Under the pieces are notes generated by a model. That model did not search any database, was not told where the DNA came from, and saw nothing but the letters and a program-made list of their open reading frames with translations. The position numbers and the translations under genes are program-made. Of a stretch of DNA of 64,000 nucleotides, positions 11,670-25,420 are shown piece after piece; within the stretch, counting starts at the first letter, position 1, and every line of letters starts with the position of its first letter. Source of the stretch: Blepharisma stoltei ATCC 30299 (taxonomy: Eukaryota; Protista; Ciliophora); the NCBI GenBank assembly GCA_965603825.1, contig CBFDEM010000059.1:1-64000 (forward strand), read 5' to 3'.

Positions 11670-14600
11670 ATGAATCAAAAATCAGCAAAAAAAGAAGCAA
11701 GGCATTTCTGGCATAGGGTTTGTAAAGATATTATTTCTTTTATCTATGCTAAATTTAGTCTGTCTTCTAGCTGATATTCTTATTGTCCAAAGTGATAAAA
11801 ATAAAGGCAGCCAAAACTGAATTAATGAAGCAAGAAGACAATTTGAGGCGGTTGTTGACTGACACTATTGCAACTATACAGCAATTTCAGAGTGCCTCGA
11901 TATTTATCCTGATACTTTAATCGTTCTTGATTTATCAGACGATTTTGAAATACAACTGAGCCTTATCTCAACTTTGTGAAGAAAACAAGAAAATCCACTT
12001 GGTTCCTCAGAAAAAGTTATGAGTCTTTATTACTATGACGAATGGACGTATACCATCGTCTCTTCTCATTCAGCTCAAATGAATGCATACTTTGCAGTTT
12101 TAGATTGCTTTAACTGGACTCAAGGACTTGTAATTTCTGACGAAGATAACATATACAGCAAAAAAGAATTTTTTAGAATATTCAGCAACTTTTAATTATT
12201 TAGCTGTAGAGTCATCAACAAACATTGAAAGTTTAGTAAATCGGATTATCAAGCCTTTAGGCACTACTTTGTATTACATTTTTACAAATTCTGTTCTCTC
12301 GTCGACAATTCAAGAAGCTTTGAAATCTAAAAAACTTCTACTGGAAGGAGATGGATTAATTTTAAATCAAAACAGTGGTTACGATTGTATAATCGATGGA
12401 GCAATTATAATCACTATAAAAGGCCAAGAATATGCAAACTCGGCAGAGGAATTTTTATTTAAATCAATTCAAAATTTATTGCAATATTTATTTAATAGCA
12501 CGACAGAGCCAGCGACAGTTGAAGAAGCAAGATATTTAATGATGGTATATGGCCAGGAAAGCCAATTTTCTATCATTAATGTTCAGGAGGGCAAAAGAGA
12601 AATCATCGGCTCAGTCTTTGATGGAGAAGTAATAATAGTAAAAAATTTAATTTTCCCTGGAAACACTCCTAATGTGCCAAAATCAGACCAAAAAATATTA
12701 CAAGTATCAATCTCTGGAGGCTCTACTAATCCTGGCACTGCTCCAATGACATCTCTACCCCTTTTTTGCAACGGGGCATATACAGCATGGAGCTTGATAA
12801 ATGACGGCACATTAGGGATTTTAAAAAATTTTCAAATTAAATACTTCATTTCTGACTGCGGCACATTGAATTATGATGAAAAGTTTGCGAGACCTTGCTT
12901 TACCAAAGATATAGATAAAATTGGATTAGCGCATATATCAATGGGTACTGTAATAGCAACTGGAGAAATGAAGCTCTTTGAGAGCTTAAATGTAACAATT
13001 CCAGTCGTTGGGGCAGCAGCAGTAGGCCGTGCACTGAGCTCAACCGCACTTTATCCTATGTTCACAAGAATCGTCGTTCCGAACGACTACATACTTGCTT
13101 TGAGTTCGCTTTTCTTAAAAGTTCTCGGCTGAAGTAAACTCTGTGTCTTATATTCTGATGACTTATCAAGCAAGGCAACATATTCCACACTTATAGAAAC
13201 TTACACGAAATATGGCTTAGAAGTTTTAAACCCTGAAAGCTTAAGTGAGATCCCTGATAATCTAAATAGAACCACTATCAAGAATTATGCTAGCTCATTT
13301 CAAGCAATCTTAGATACACAAGCAAGGCTTTTGATTTTAATATGTATGCCTCCTGAATTATATTACATTCTTGAAGAGCTGTATGATTTAGGCCTAAGAA
13401 AAGGCGATCTCGTAGTTTTTGTTAAAAATTCAGTACTTCTTACAATGACAGAATACGATTTTATGTATACTTATAAATTTAAAGAAACAGGAGTTCCGAT
13501 GATCTCTATTTCTGGACAAAACTGGGTTGGAGAAGTTGGAAACTTTGCGTACTCAAAAATAGCATCTCTTTATAATGCAGTCCCTTATTCATATGCTTGC
13601 AATTACTATGATGCAGCTTATTATATAGCACTTGAATTGGATTCTATGATAAATCATGGGTTTGATTATTATGATCCTTATCAGCTAAATTTGACAATGA
13701 GAGCTCGGAAATTTATCGGATGCACAGGAAAGTTTTCGATTGATAAAGACAGCAATGACAGGATTTTGGAAAATTTTGATATTAGTGTTAATAAAATAGA
13801 TGCAGCTTCTGGAAATGTGACTGCTTATAAATTAGGAGAATTTCACCCATATAGCAGCATAATGCTAACTATTGATTCACCAATTATTTATGGAGATGGG
13901 TCCTCTATAAAGCCGGATGATCTAAGAAATCAAGATAATGAATGCCCTTTTTCTAATAAGCTAGTAAGGACGTTTACAAAAGGAAGAATTCTCACTTTTG
14001 GCATTTGCTTCGGATTTGCTTTAGTCTCTTTTATTTCTACCGCATATATATGAAAAACGTGGTGAAATATCGAAATAGAAGAGCTTAAAGAAAGGCAAGA
14101 AATTTCGTTGCAAAATTTTATTGTTCAGATAACAATAGGTATTGAATTTTTCCAGTTTGTAGCGATGGGGCCAGACATAACTCCAATCAGTACTTCTTAG
14201 CAAAAATCAGCAATTCTTTTTCCCTCAACATAGAAAACTTTTATAAGCTTAAAAATGGAGTATTTTGAATTGTAATTGATGGGATTTTTGGAGCTATTAT
14301 TTTATGATTAATTTTGTGTGCAACTATTCTGCTCAGATTAGACGAAAAATTTCCTAGAGTGTCATTTTTCAGAATTTTAGCTTGACTTGCTGACTATTTA
14401 ATGCCGATTTTAGGTAATTTATGCTTTATTCCATTTATTTCGATGTGTTTGTGTGCGATCAATCTATTGGAGAGATTGCTATTACTTTTGCTGGAAAGGT
14501 GATCATTTAATATATGCGATTTTTTCTTTTATAGCTCTTTTATGCTATGAGCCTCTTGCAATATTTTGTAGGCCTTTGTGGCAAGAATTGCAGCATACTC

Positions 14601-15113
14601 TACACATACACACGTCTCCTTTATTTTTAATGGTAAAAATAAAGGTCCAAATCATACTTATAGTCATGAATAAAACAGTCAAAAGAGCTGAAAGTACAGT
14701 ACGCGAAGCTTTATTTGGTGTTGTAATGGCTTCCTACATTGGATTTATATTTAGATGGAAGCCTTATAATTATCCAAGATTTTGTTGATGGCAAGCATTA
14801 AGCTTAATAGGTGTATTATGACTTTCTGTGCTTTCAACAATCTCATCTAACGTTGAAGGAGGCTATTTAATTTAATTTATTTTCTGTTTCTCTGTGTAGG
14901 ATGAGTTTTAATTGGTGCTATCGGTATCTATGTACAAAGAAAAAAATATCCAAGTCTGCTGTATAGAAAAAAGGTCTGGATACAAATCATCTATTTAGAT
15001 TCGCATTTACATTTGGTAAGCACTCGAAAAATGCCCTTTCAAAAATCGCCCCTCGTCGTACTTCTGAAGAACTTTCGTGCAAAGATTTTTCTATTTTGAA
15101 GCAAGATTATTAA
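11670..15113 (+). pseudogene. Receptor-like protein, divergent B subtype, with frameshifts and small deletions
   Basis: ATG 11670 to KQDY-TAA 15113, colinear with D but more divergent. Frameshifts near 11960-12180, 14200 and 14870-14980; deletions at about 14445-14475. Confidence 0.75.
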
Positions 15114-15354
15114 ATAATAAAATTTATTAGAATTTAGCTTTAAGTTCTTGATTTATGTGAAAGCTATCATAACTAGTGTTATAAAGAGCATGTTTTGAAT
15201 AGCTCAATATGCTTTTGCCACGAGGAATCATGCCTATCTACTTAGCATTCATAGAGAAATTTCCTGCTCTGTTTAGCTTAAATCATCGCAAAGATCCCCA
15301 AATGCCAAGCCGGTCCAGGAGTGGAAGGCTTGGTATTATCACCATTTTATTTGT

Positions 15355-16180
15355 GTGAGATTTGCTAAGATGTTATATTTGTTATCTATGCTAAATTTGT
15401 CTTTCTTTGTTGATATTCTTATTGTCAAAAGTGATAAAAATAAAGGCAGCCAAAACTGGAAAAGAGCAATTTGAGTCAGATATAGATTGGAAATATTGCG
15501 ATTAAACAGAAATTTCAGAGTCCTCAGTATTTATCTTGATACTTTAATCGTCCTTGATTTATCAGACAATTTTGAAATACAACTGAGTCTATCTCGATAA
15601 TGTGAAGAAAACAAAAAAGTCCACTTGGTTCTTCAAAAAAGGTATGAGTTTTATTGCTATGACGAATGGAATTATAGCATCATCCCTTCTGATTCAGCTC
15701 AAATAAATACATACTTTGCAGTTTTAGACCATTTCAACTGGACTCAAGGATTGTAATTACTGACGAAGACTGAATATACAGTAAAAAAGAATTTTAGAAT
15801 TTTCAGCAACTTTTGATTATTTAGCTATAGAGTCATCGACAAACATTTAAAGTTAATTAATCGAATTATCAAGCCTTTAGGTACTTCAATGTATTACATT
15901 TTGCAAATATTATTATTTTGTCAGAAATTCAAGACACTTTTGAAATCCCAAAAGCTGTTGCTGGCTGGAGAAAGTTTAATCAAAACAGCGGCTTTGGATG
16001 CAATATTGATAATTACTATAGAAGGCCATGGATATACTAGCTCACAAGAGGGATTTTTGTTTAGCTCAACTGAAAATTTATTGCAATATTTATTCAATAG
16101 CACGACTGAGCCTGCAACTGTTGGAGAAATAAGATAATTAATGAAGAAGACATATAATAAAAAAAATCAATTTTCTATAA
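15355..16180 (+). pseudogene. Degenerate 5' fragment of a B-subtype receptor gene (C)
   Basis: Matches about 11720-12570 (e.g. gataaaaataaaggcagccaaaac, aatagcacgac) with many stops. Confidence 0.8.
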
Positions 16181-16239
16181 TAAAAATTAGATTTTTTATT
16201 CATTTACAAAAATCTGAAAGTTTAATAACATTTTTATAC

Positions 16240-16760
16240 CTAAGAAGACTTATGCAGCAATGAATAATACAGGAATATATAGTGTTTCAAATATCATTTA
16301 AATAACTATTTTATTGATAAATTTTAATTTTCCGCTTTAGAAGAAATCATATTAAGAAGTTCTAACATATCTTTCAGTATTGATACTAAAAACTTATTTG
16401 TCTAAGGAAAAAATATAAATAAATAAATTTTAATTATTTATGCTTTTGCTTTGGATTTTGTAGAGACATGATATTTATGCCATTCAAAAAATTTTACTTT
16501 TATAAGATATATACTTTTCTTATTTTTTTGAATTTGAGTAAATAGCCTATCTTAATGTTTAAATCTATAATATTAGTTGAATCTTAATACATCATATTCT
16601 GCGAGATATATCTCCTATAAAGTCTATGCAATGGTACTATCGCAACGTAATATATCTTATTTGCTCTTATTGGTTCTCATTAGGCGCGAATAGTTCTTAA
16701 TTAATAAATTATTTAGTCGAAATTCTCATATTGGAAAAATAATAGAGGATTTACTTAGTT
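16240..16760. promoter_or_regulatory. Inverted copy of the conserved receptor spacer, upstream of copy D
   Basis: Reverse complement of the 11060-11600 and 24830-25330 blocks (e.g. tattctgcgagatata). Confidence 0.55.
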
Positions 16761-16767
16761 TAAAAAA

Positions 16768-19700
16768 ATGAACAAAAAGGCTAATTTTTCTGATATCGGA
16801 CTTATAAAAATACTATCTTTTTTAAAAATGCTCAATTTGTGTTTTTCATTCGAAATTATTATTGCTCAAAATGATAGGAATGAGCTAAATAAAATTTGGA
16901 TTGAAGAAATAAAATATCAATTTGAATCAGTCATCGAATGGCATCAATGCGATTATTCTTTAATTTCAGAGTGTGTAAACTCGCATCCAAATGCCATAAT
17001 AATTCTTGATTTATCGAACAGCTTTCAAAAGCAACTGAGCCTTTCTGAATTATGCAAAGAAAATAATAAAATTCATTTGGTTCCTCAGAAAAATCAAGAA
17101 TTTCTTTACGACGAATGGACATATAGTATCGTTTCATCAAACTTAGCCCAAACAGATGCATATTTTGCAGTTTTAGCTTACTTTAATTGAACTCATGGAC
17201 TTGCAATCACTGATGGAGATCATGCATACATCAAGCAGAAATTTCTAGACTATTCACAAACTTTTGATTATATAATTATAGAATCTTCGGCAAGCCTTGA
17301 AAAGGTAGTAAACAGAGTTATCAAGCCTTTAGGAGCAACATTGTATTACATTTTTGCAAATTCTGTCCTCTCGTCAAATATTCAGGAGACGTTGAAATCC
17401 AAAAAACTCCTTTCGAGAGGAGATGGGATATTGCTAACCCAAAATAGCTGCTATGACTGCAAAATCAATGGAGCAATCATTGTAACTGTTGCAGGACAAG
17501 AACATGCTAGCTCTCAAGAACAACTTTTGATTAGTTCTTTAGAAAATTTAATTCTGTATTTATTAAATCAAACAGTAGAAACAACAGAAGAACTAAAAGA
17601 TTTGCTGAAGATATATAGTCAGAAAAAACAATTTTCTATTGTAAATATTCAAGACAATCAAAGAAAAATAGTTGGATCAGTTTCTGCTGGATCAGTAACA
17701 ATCTTGAAAGCCTTGATTTTCCCTGGGAATACAACTGATGTGCCCAAGTCAGATAAAAAGATTTTGCATATGACAGTTTCTGGAGGCTCTTACAACCCTG
17801 GAGCTCCTCCTCTTACAGTAGCTCCTTTTTTATATTATGGCGCTTATACAGCATGAAGTTTAATTAATGAAGGTGCACTTGGAATTTTAGCACATTTTCA
17901 AATAAATTATTTTATTTTTGATTGTGGCGCGGTTACTTATGATAAAGAATTGACACCAGCTTGCTTTGCCAAAGATATAGATAAATTTGGACTTGCACAC
18001 ATACCAGCGCCTAGCTCTTTAACGACTATTGCAGAAATTGATTTTTTTAAAAGCTTTAATTTAACCATCCCAGTTGTTGGCTCAGAATCTGATGATTATT
18101 CATTGAATTCTACATCACTTTATCCTCTGTTTACAAGGGTGATTGTTTCAAACCGCTATCTTTTATCGCTGAGTTTGCTTTTATTTAGAGCTTTAGGATG
18201 AAGAAAAATTTGTGTTTTATATTCAGATGATATATCTGGGAAATCAGAATATTTAGCACTTATAAGTACTACAGAGCAATATAACATAGAAATTCTAAAT
18301 TCTGAAAACTCAAGGGCGATCCCTGCAGATCTAAATAGAACTAGTATAAAAAATTACTCTGGAACATTGAAGAAAATCGTTGATACAGATGCAAGACTCC
18401 TAGTTTTATTTTTTATGCCACCTCCATTATATTATATCATCGAAGAGCTCTATGATATGGGCTTAAGAAAAGGAGATCTCCTTATTTTTGTTACAAAGGA
18501 AGGAGTATTTCCAACGAGACTATACGATGATGTTGATAAATTAAAGATTCAGGAAATTGGAGTTCCAATGATATCTATTAGTGGACGAAATTGAGTAGGT
18601 AAGGTTGGGGAATTTGCTTATTCGCAGATATCATCTAGATATAATGGTCACTCATTTCCCACCACTTGCTCTAGTTATGATGCGGCATATTTAATAGGGA
18701 TAGCTTTGGACTACATGATAAACCAAGGATATGATTATACTGATCCTTACCAATTAAATTTAACAATCAGAGCTCAAAAGTTTACTGGGTGCACAGGAGT
18801 AGTTTTCATTGACAAAGGTAGCAATGACAGAGTTATGGATGCTTTTGATATAATGGCCTGCAAAATAGATACAAATTCTGGAAGTGTAATAACATACAAA
18901 ATGGGAGAATTTCGTCCATTTGGCAGCACAATGTTGAGTATCAAAACTCCTCTAATTTATGGAGACGGGACTACTGTAAAGCCAGATGATCTTAGAAACC
19001 AAATTAATAAATGCCCTTTTCATGACAATCTAATAAGGACATTTGCTAAAGGAAGAATTATCGTTTTTTCTATATGCTTTATGTTTGCTTTAGTGTCTTT
19101 CGCTGTCACAGCTTACATATGAAAAAACTGATGAAATATAACCATTGAAGAGCTTAAAGTAAAGCAAGAAATTTCACTGCAAGATATTATTGTCATGATA
19201 ACTATAGGTATTGAATTTTTCCAATTTGCGGCTATGGGACCAGATATAACCCCAATAAATAGCATCCTAGCAAAAATTAGTAGCTCTCTTTCTTTCAGTC
19301 TGGAAAATATCTTTGCTCTCCAGAAAGGGATATTTTGAATTCTAATAGATGGAGTCTTTGGGGCTATTTTATTTTGGCTAGTTTTATGCTTAGTTGTTCT
19401 ACTCAGTTTAGATGAAAAATATCCCAAAGTGACTATTTTCAGATTTTTAGCTTGGCTTGCAGACTATTTAATGCCTATCTTAGGCAATTTGTGCTTTATA
19501 CCCTTTGTTTCAATGTGCTTGAATGTATTTATATGCGACCATTCTATTGGAGATAACTTTACTGACAGTTTTCTTGCTGCAGACTGTTATTATTTTTGCT
19601 GAAAAGACGAGCACTTAATATATGCAATTTTTTCTTTTATTGCCCTCTTATGCTATGAGCCACTAGCTGTTCTGTGCAGGCCTTTGTGGCAAGAGTTACA

Positions 19701-20220
19701 GCACATGGTGCATATACATACAGCTCCTCCGTTTTTAATGGTAAAGACTGTGGTTCAAATCATATTAATAGTTATGAATAAAACAGTTAAAAGGGCTGAT
19801 AGCACTATCCATGGAGCCCTTTTTGCTGTTCTAATGGTCGCGTACATTTTATTTATATTTAGATATAAGCCCTATAATTATCCAAGACTATGCTGGTGGC
19901 AAACTTTGAGCTTAATTGGTGTGGTTTGGCTTTCTGTGATCTCAACAATCTCATCAAAGGTTGAAGGAAACGCGAATGTTTATTTTCCTGTAGTGTGCGT
20001 GGGATGAATAATAATTGCTCTTGTCGGAATTTATGTGCAAAGAAGAAAATATCCCAGTCTTCTGTATAGAAAAAACTTGGATACAACTCATTTATTCAAG
20101 TTCGCATTTACTTTTGGTAAGCACTCCAAGAATGCTCTTGCAAAAATTGTCCCAGATCGTCGTCCATCATCTGTAAATTTAATGCCGAAGGACTTTTCAA
20201 TTGGAAAGGAAGTTGATTAA
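16768..20220 (+). CDS. Intact receptor-like protein copy D, 1150 aa: signal peptide, two periplasmic-binding type-1 (Venus flytrap-like) domains, ~9 TM segments, short tail
   Basis: Seven supplied ORFs (16768-20035) lie in one frame joined by TGA=Trp. VFT hallmarks: LNSTSLYPLFTRV, ALGWRKICVLYSDD, YDAAY, FTGCTGVVFID. The C-terminal third is hydrophobic. Confidence 0.9.
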
Positions 20221-20355
20221 TTTAAGACTTTAGAAATAATATATTAGAGTATTGCTTATTTAATCTATTTTTAATCTATTTTTAATTTATTTCTATTTAT
20301 TTTTAATTCTTAGAATGCAATGGCTTCAAAAAATCAGCTATTTAATAATTATTAT

Positions 20356-20740
20356 ATGATGAAGAAGAAATTCTTCAAGCCAAGGTGTATGAATGAGGTT
20401 GGGTATGCATGCAAATTCTCTTTTCCTAAGGCTTTATTGTGCGGAGAGCATATTTAGGAGCATGCAAACTTGCCTAGTAGAGCTCATAATCTTGAATCAA
20501 TTTTTATGCAGGACAAAAGATGCAATTCTTGAATTCATTACAAAAGAAAACACAAAATGTAGCGAGTTGAGAAGAAATATTATAGATCCTTTAGCCAGCG
20601 TCTTCCTAATCAAAGAAAGATTTAGGAGATTTCAAAAGAAAGTTGGATTGCTACCCAGATGAAATAAGTGATTTCTTTGCAAAATTTCGCAAGCTTCAAA
20701 ATTATTAAAGTCAGAACAAGATCCTATTTTAGGATTATTG
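20356..20740 (+). pseudogene. 5' remnant of a Zn-module/coiled-coil (Kelch family) gene
   Basis: Reads RCMNEVGYACK...LLCGEHI*EH...GTKDAILEFI, aligning with KCLRQVAFVCK...TCEHHLKQH...GTKEAICNYI of the 56817 gene. Contains an internal TAG and a frameshift. Confidence 0.7.
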
Positions 20741-21322
20741 AGTTTATCTCAACTAAATAGAGAAAACAAAAAAATCCGCCTGATTCCTTAGAAAAAGTAT
20801 GAGTTTTATTACTATGACGAATGGACTTATATCATCATCATCCCTTCTTATTTAGCTCAAATGAATGCATACTTTACAGTTTTAGATTATTTCAACTTGA
20901 CTCAATGACTTCTAATTAATGACCAAGACGACATATACAGTAAATAACAATTTTTAGAATTTCAGCAACTTTGATTATTTAGCTGTAGAGTCATCGGCAA
21001 ATATTGAAAAATTAGTTAATCGAATTATCAAGCTTTTAGGTACTTCAATGTATTACATTTTGCATATCTATTATTTCATGAGAAATTCAAGAAAAAACTG
21101 TTACTGGCTGGAGATGGCTTAAATTTAAATCAAAACAGCAGCTAGGGATGCAATATTGATGGGGCTATTATTGTCACTATAAAGGCCAAGAATATTCAAG
21201 CTCGACAAAGGATTTTCTATTTAACTCAACTTAAATTTATTGCAATATTTATTTAATAGCAGCACGGAGCCAGCGACAGTTGAAGAAATAAAATACTTAA
21301 TGAAGAAAAATAACGAAAAAAA
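20740..21322 (+). pseudogene. Degenerate internal fragment of a B-subtype receptor gene (E)
   Basis: Matches about 11955-12560 (tactatgacgaatggac, gagccagcgacagttgaagaa) with stops. Confidence 0.8.
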
Positions 21323-21358
21323 GCAATACTCTAATATATTAAATTCTAAAGTCTTAAA

Positions 21359-24300
21359 TTAATCAACTTCCTTTGCATAAGAAAAGTCCTTTGGCATTAA
21401 ATCTACAGATGTGCGACGATCTGGGACAATTTTTGCAAGAGCATTCTTGGAGTGCTTACCAAAAGTAAATGCGAACTTGAATAAATGAGTTGTATCCAAG
21501 TTTTTTCTATACAGAAGACTGGGATATTTTCTTCTTTGCACATAAATTCCGACAAGAGCAATTATTATTCATCCCACGCACACTACAGGAAAATAAACAT
21601 ACGCGTTTCCTTCAACATTTGACGAGATTGTAGAGATCACAGAAAGCCAGACCACACCAATTAAGCTCAAAGCTTGCCACAAGCACAGTCTTGGATAATT
21701 ATAGGGCTTATACCTAAATATAAATCCAACGTACATAACCATTAGAACAGAAAAAAGGGCTCCATGGATAGTGCTATCTGCCCTTTTTACTGTTTTATTC
21801 ATAACTATAAATATGACTTGAACCATAGTTTTTACCATTAAAAACGGAGGAGCTGTATGTATATGCACCATGTGCTGTAACTCTTGCCACAAAGGTCTGC
21901 ACAGAACAGCTAGTGGCTCATAGCATAAGAGGGCAATAAAAGAAATATCGCATATACTAGGTGCTCGTCTTTTCAACAAAAATAATAGCAGTCGGCAGCA
22001 AGAAAACTGTCAGTAAAGTTATCTCCAATAGAATGGTCGCATATAAATACATTCAAACACATTGAAACAAAGGGTATAAAGCACAAATTGCCTAAGATAG
22101 GCATTAAATAGTCTGCAAGCCAAGCTAAAAATCTGAAAATAGTCACTTTGGGATATTTTTCATCTAAACTGAGTAGAACAACTAAACTTAAAACTAGCCA
22201 AAATAAAATAGCTCCAAAGACGCCATTTATTAGAATTCAAAATATCCCTTTCTGTAGAGCAAAAATATTTTCCAAACTAAGAGAAAGAGAGCTGCTAATT
22301 TTTGCAAGGAAACTATTTATTGGAGCTATATCTGGCCCCATAGCCGCAAATTGGAAAAATTCAATACCTATGGTTATCATAACAATAATATCTTGCAGCG
22401 ACATTTCTTGCTTTTCTTTCAGCTCTTCAATAGTTATATTTCATCATTTTTTTCATATATATGCTGTGGCAGCGAAAGACACTAAAGCAAACATAAAACA
22501 TATAGAAAAAACGATAATTCTTCCTTTAGCAAATCCCCTTATTAGATTTTCATGAAAAGGGCATTTATTATTTTGGTTTCTAAGGTCATCTGGCTTTACA
22601 GTAGTCCCGCCTCCATAAATGAAAGGAGTTTTGATGCTCAACATCGTGCCTCCAAATGGGCGAAATTCACCCATTTTGTATGCTACTATATTTCCAGAAT
22701 TTGTATCTATTTTGGTGGCCATTATATCAAAAGTGTCCATAGCTCTGTCATTGCTGCCTTTGTCGATAGAAACTACTCCTGTGCACCCAGTAAACTTTTG
22801 AGATCTGATTGCCGAATTTATTTTGTAAGGATCAGTATAATCATATCCTTGGTTTATCATGTAGTCCAAAGCTATCCCTATTAAATATGCTGCATCATAG
22901 CCAAAGCAAGTGTGGGCAAATATAATGCTATTATATCTAGATGCTATCTGTGAGTAAGCAAATTCCCCAACCTCGCCGACTCAACTTTTCCCAGAAATAG
23001 CCATCATTGGAACTCCAGTTTCCTTAATCTTTAATAAATCAATAGTATCGTCTGGTATTATTGGAAACATTTCTTGCTTTATAACAAAAATAACGACATC
23101 TCCTGTTCTTAAGCCCATATCATAAAGCTCTTCGATGACACAAGATAATAGAGGTGGCACAAGAAAGAAAACTAGAAGCCTTGCATCTGTATCAACGATT
23201 TCCTGCAATGTTCCAGAGTAATTTTTTATAGTAGTTCTATTTAAATCTTCAGGGATTACCCTAGAGTTTTCAGAATTTAGAATTTCTATGCTATATTGCT
23301 CTGCAGTGCTTATAATTGCTGAATATCCTGATCTCCCATTTAGATCATCTGAATATAAAACACAGATTTTCCTTCACCCTAAAGCTCTAAATAAAAGCGA
23401 AGCCAGCGAATAAAGATAGCGGTTTGAAATAATTACTCTTGTGAACATAGGATAAAGCGATGTAGAATTCAATGAATAATCATCAGGTATTGACCCAACA
23501 ACTGGGAAAGTTAAATTTAAGCTTTTAAAAATATTTATTTCTGCAATAGTCACTAAAGAGCTAGGCGCCGATATATGTGCAAGTCCAAATTTATCTATAT
23601 CTTTGGTAAAGCAAGCTGGTGTCAATTCTTTATCATAAGTAACCACGCCGCAGTCAAAAATAAAATAATTTATCCGAAAATGTGTTAAAATTCCAAGCAC
23701 ACCTTCATTAATTAAACTTCATGCTGTATAAGCGCCATAATAGAAAAGAGGAGCGAATGTAACAGGAGGAGCTCCAGGATTGTAAGAGCCTCCAGAAACT
23801 GTCATATGCAAAACCTTTTTATCTGGCTTGGGCACATCAGTAGTATTTCCAGGAAAAATCAAGGTTTTCGAAATTTTTACTGATCCAGCAGAAACTGTTC
23901 CAACTATTTGCCTTTGATTGTCTTGAATATTTACAATCGAGAATTTATTTTTCTGGCTATATATCTTCAGCAAATGCTTTAGCTCTTCTGTTGTTTCTGC
24001 TGTTTGATTCAATACATACAGAATTAAATTTTCAAAAGAACTAATTAAAAATTCTTCTTGAGAGCTAGCATATTCTTGTCCTGCAACAGTCACAATGATT
24101 GCTCCATTAGTTTTGCAGTCATAGCAGCTATTTTGGGTTAGCATTATCCCATCTCCTTTTGAAAGGAGTTTTTTGGATTTCAACGTCTCCTGAATTTTTG
24201 ATGAGAGAACAGAATTTGTAAAAATGTAATACAATGTTGCTCCTAAAGGCTTGATAATTCTGTTTACTACTTTTTCAAGGCTTGCCAATGATTCTATAGT

Positions 24301-24819
24301 TATATAATCAAAAGTTTCTGAATACTCTAGAAATTTCGGCTTGATGTATGCATGATCTCCATCAGTGATTACAAGTCCATGAGTTCAATTAAAATGAGCT
24401 AAAGTTGCAAAATACGCATCGGTTTGGGCTAAGTTTGATGGAAGGATGTCATATGTCCATTCGTCGTAAAGAGATTCTTGATTTTTCTGAGGAACCAAAT
24501 GAACTTTATTATTTTCTTTGCATAATTGAGAAAGGCTCAGTTGCGTTTCAAAACTGTTTGATAAATCAAGAACGATTATGGCATTAGGATGTGAGTTAAC
24601 ACACTCTGAAATTAAAGAATAATCGCACTGATACCACTCGACGACTGATTCAAACTGATATTTTGCTTCTTCAATCCAAACTTGATTGAGCTCATTCCTA
24701 TCATTTTTAGCAATAATAATTTCAACTGAAGAACATAAATTGAACATTGTTAAAAAAAATAGTTTCTTCATAAATCCGATATCAGAAAAATTTTTCGATA
24801 TTTTAGCCTTTTTGTTCAT
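21359..24819 (-). CDS. Receptor-like protein copy F, inverted relative to D, with one frameshift in a T-run near 21945
   Basis: ORFs from 24819 to 22869 share a frame; the 21979 and 21541 ORFs are shifted by one base. One T is missing in YAIFSF, possibly a sequencing error. Confidence 0.85.
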
Positions 24820-24829
24820 TTTTTAACTA

Positions 24830-25420
24830 AGTAAATTGTTTAATTATTTTCCCAATGTGAGAATTTGGTCTAATGAGTCTATCAATTGAGAACTATTAGC
24901 GCCCTAATGATAGTAAATAAGATTTATTATGATGCGATAGTGCCATGGCATAGACTTTCCAAAAGCTTATATCTCGCAGAATATGGTGCATTAAGATGAG
25001 GTTATTTACTCATATTCCAAAAAAATAAGCAAAGTGTATATTATAAAATTAAATTCTTTGAATAGCATAAATATCATGCAAATTTATAAAAATAAAAGCA
25101 TAAACAATTAAAATAAAGATATTTAAATTTTTTTTTCTCAAGTTTTTTGGAATCCGACATATTTTGAAACCTCAATACTGAAAAATATGTCAGAATTTCT
25201 TAATATGATTTCTCTTAAAATATAAAATGAAATTTAAGAATCAAAAATATATGCAATCCATAATGATATTTAAAACACTATATATATCTATATTATTCAT
25301 AGCTGCATATGCTTTCTTCTATATAAAAAAGTTATTAATGAATTAAAACTCTAATACAAAAATAAATAAAAAATCAGCAAAAAGGAAGCAAGGCATTTCT
25401 AGTATAGGGTTTGTAAAGAG
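24830..25420. promoter_or_regulatory. Conserved spacer upstream of F, followed by a ~60-bp stub of a B-subtype 5' end on + (ATG changed to ATA)
   Basis: 25340-25418 matches 11645-11728 (ttaaaactctaatacaaaa...aagcaaggcatttct...tagggtttgtaaaga), then similarity stops abruptly. Confidence 0.6.
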
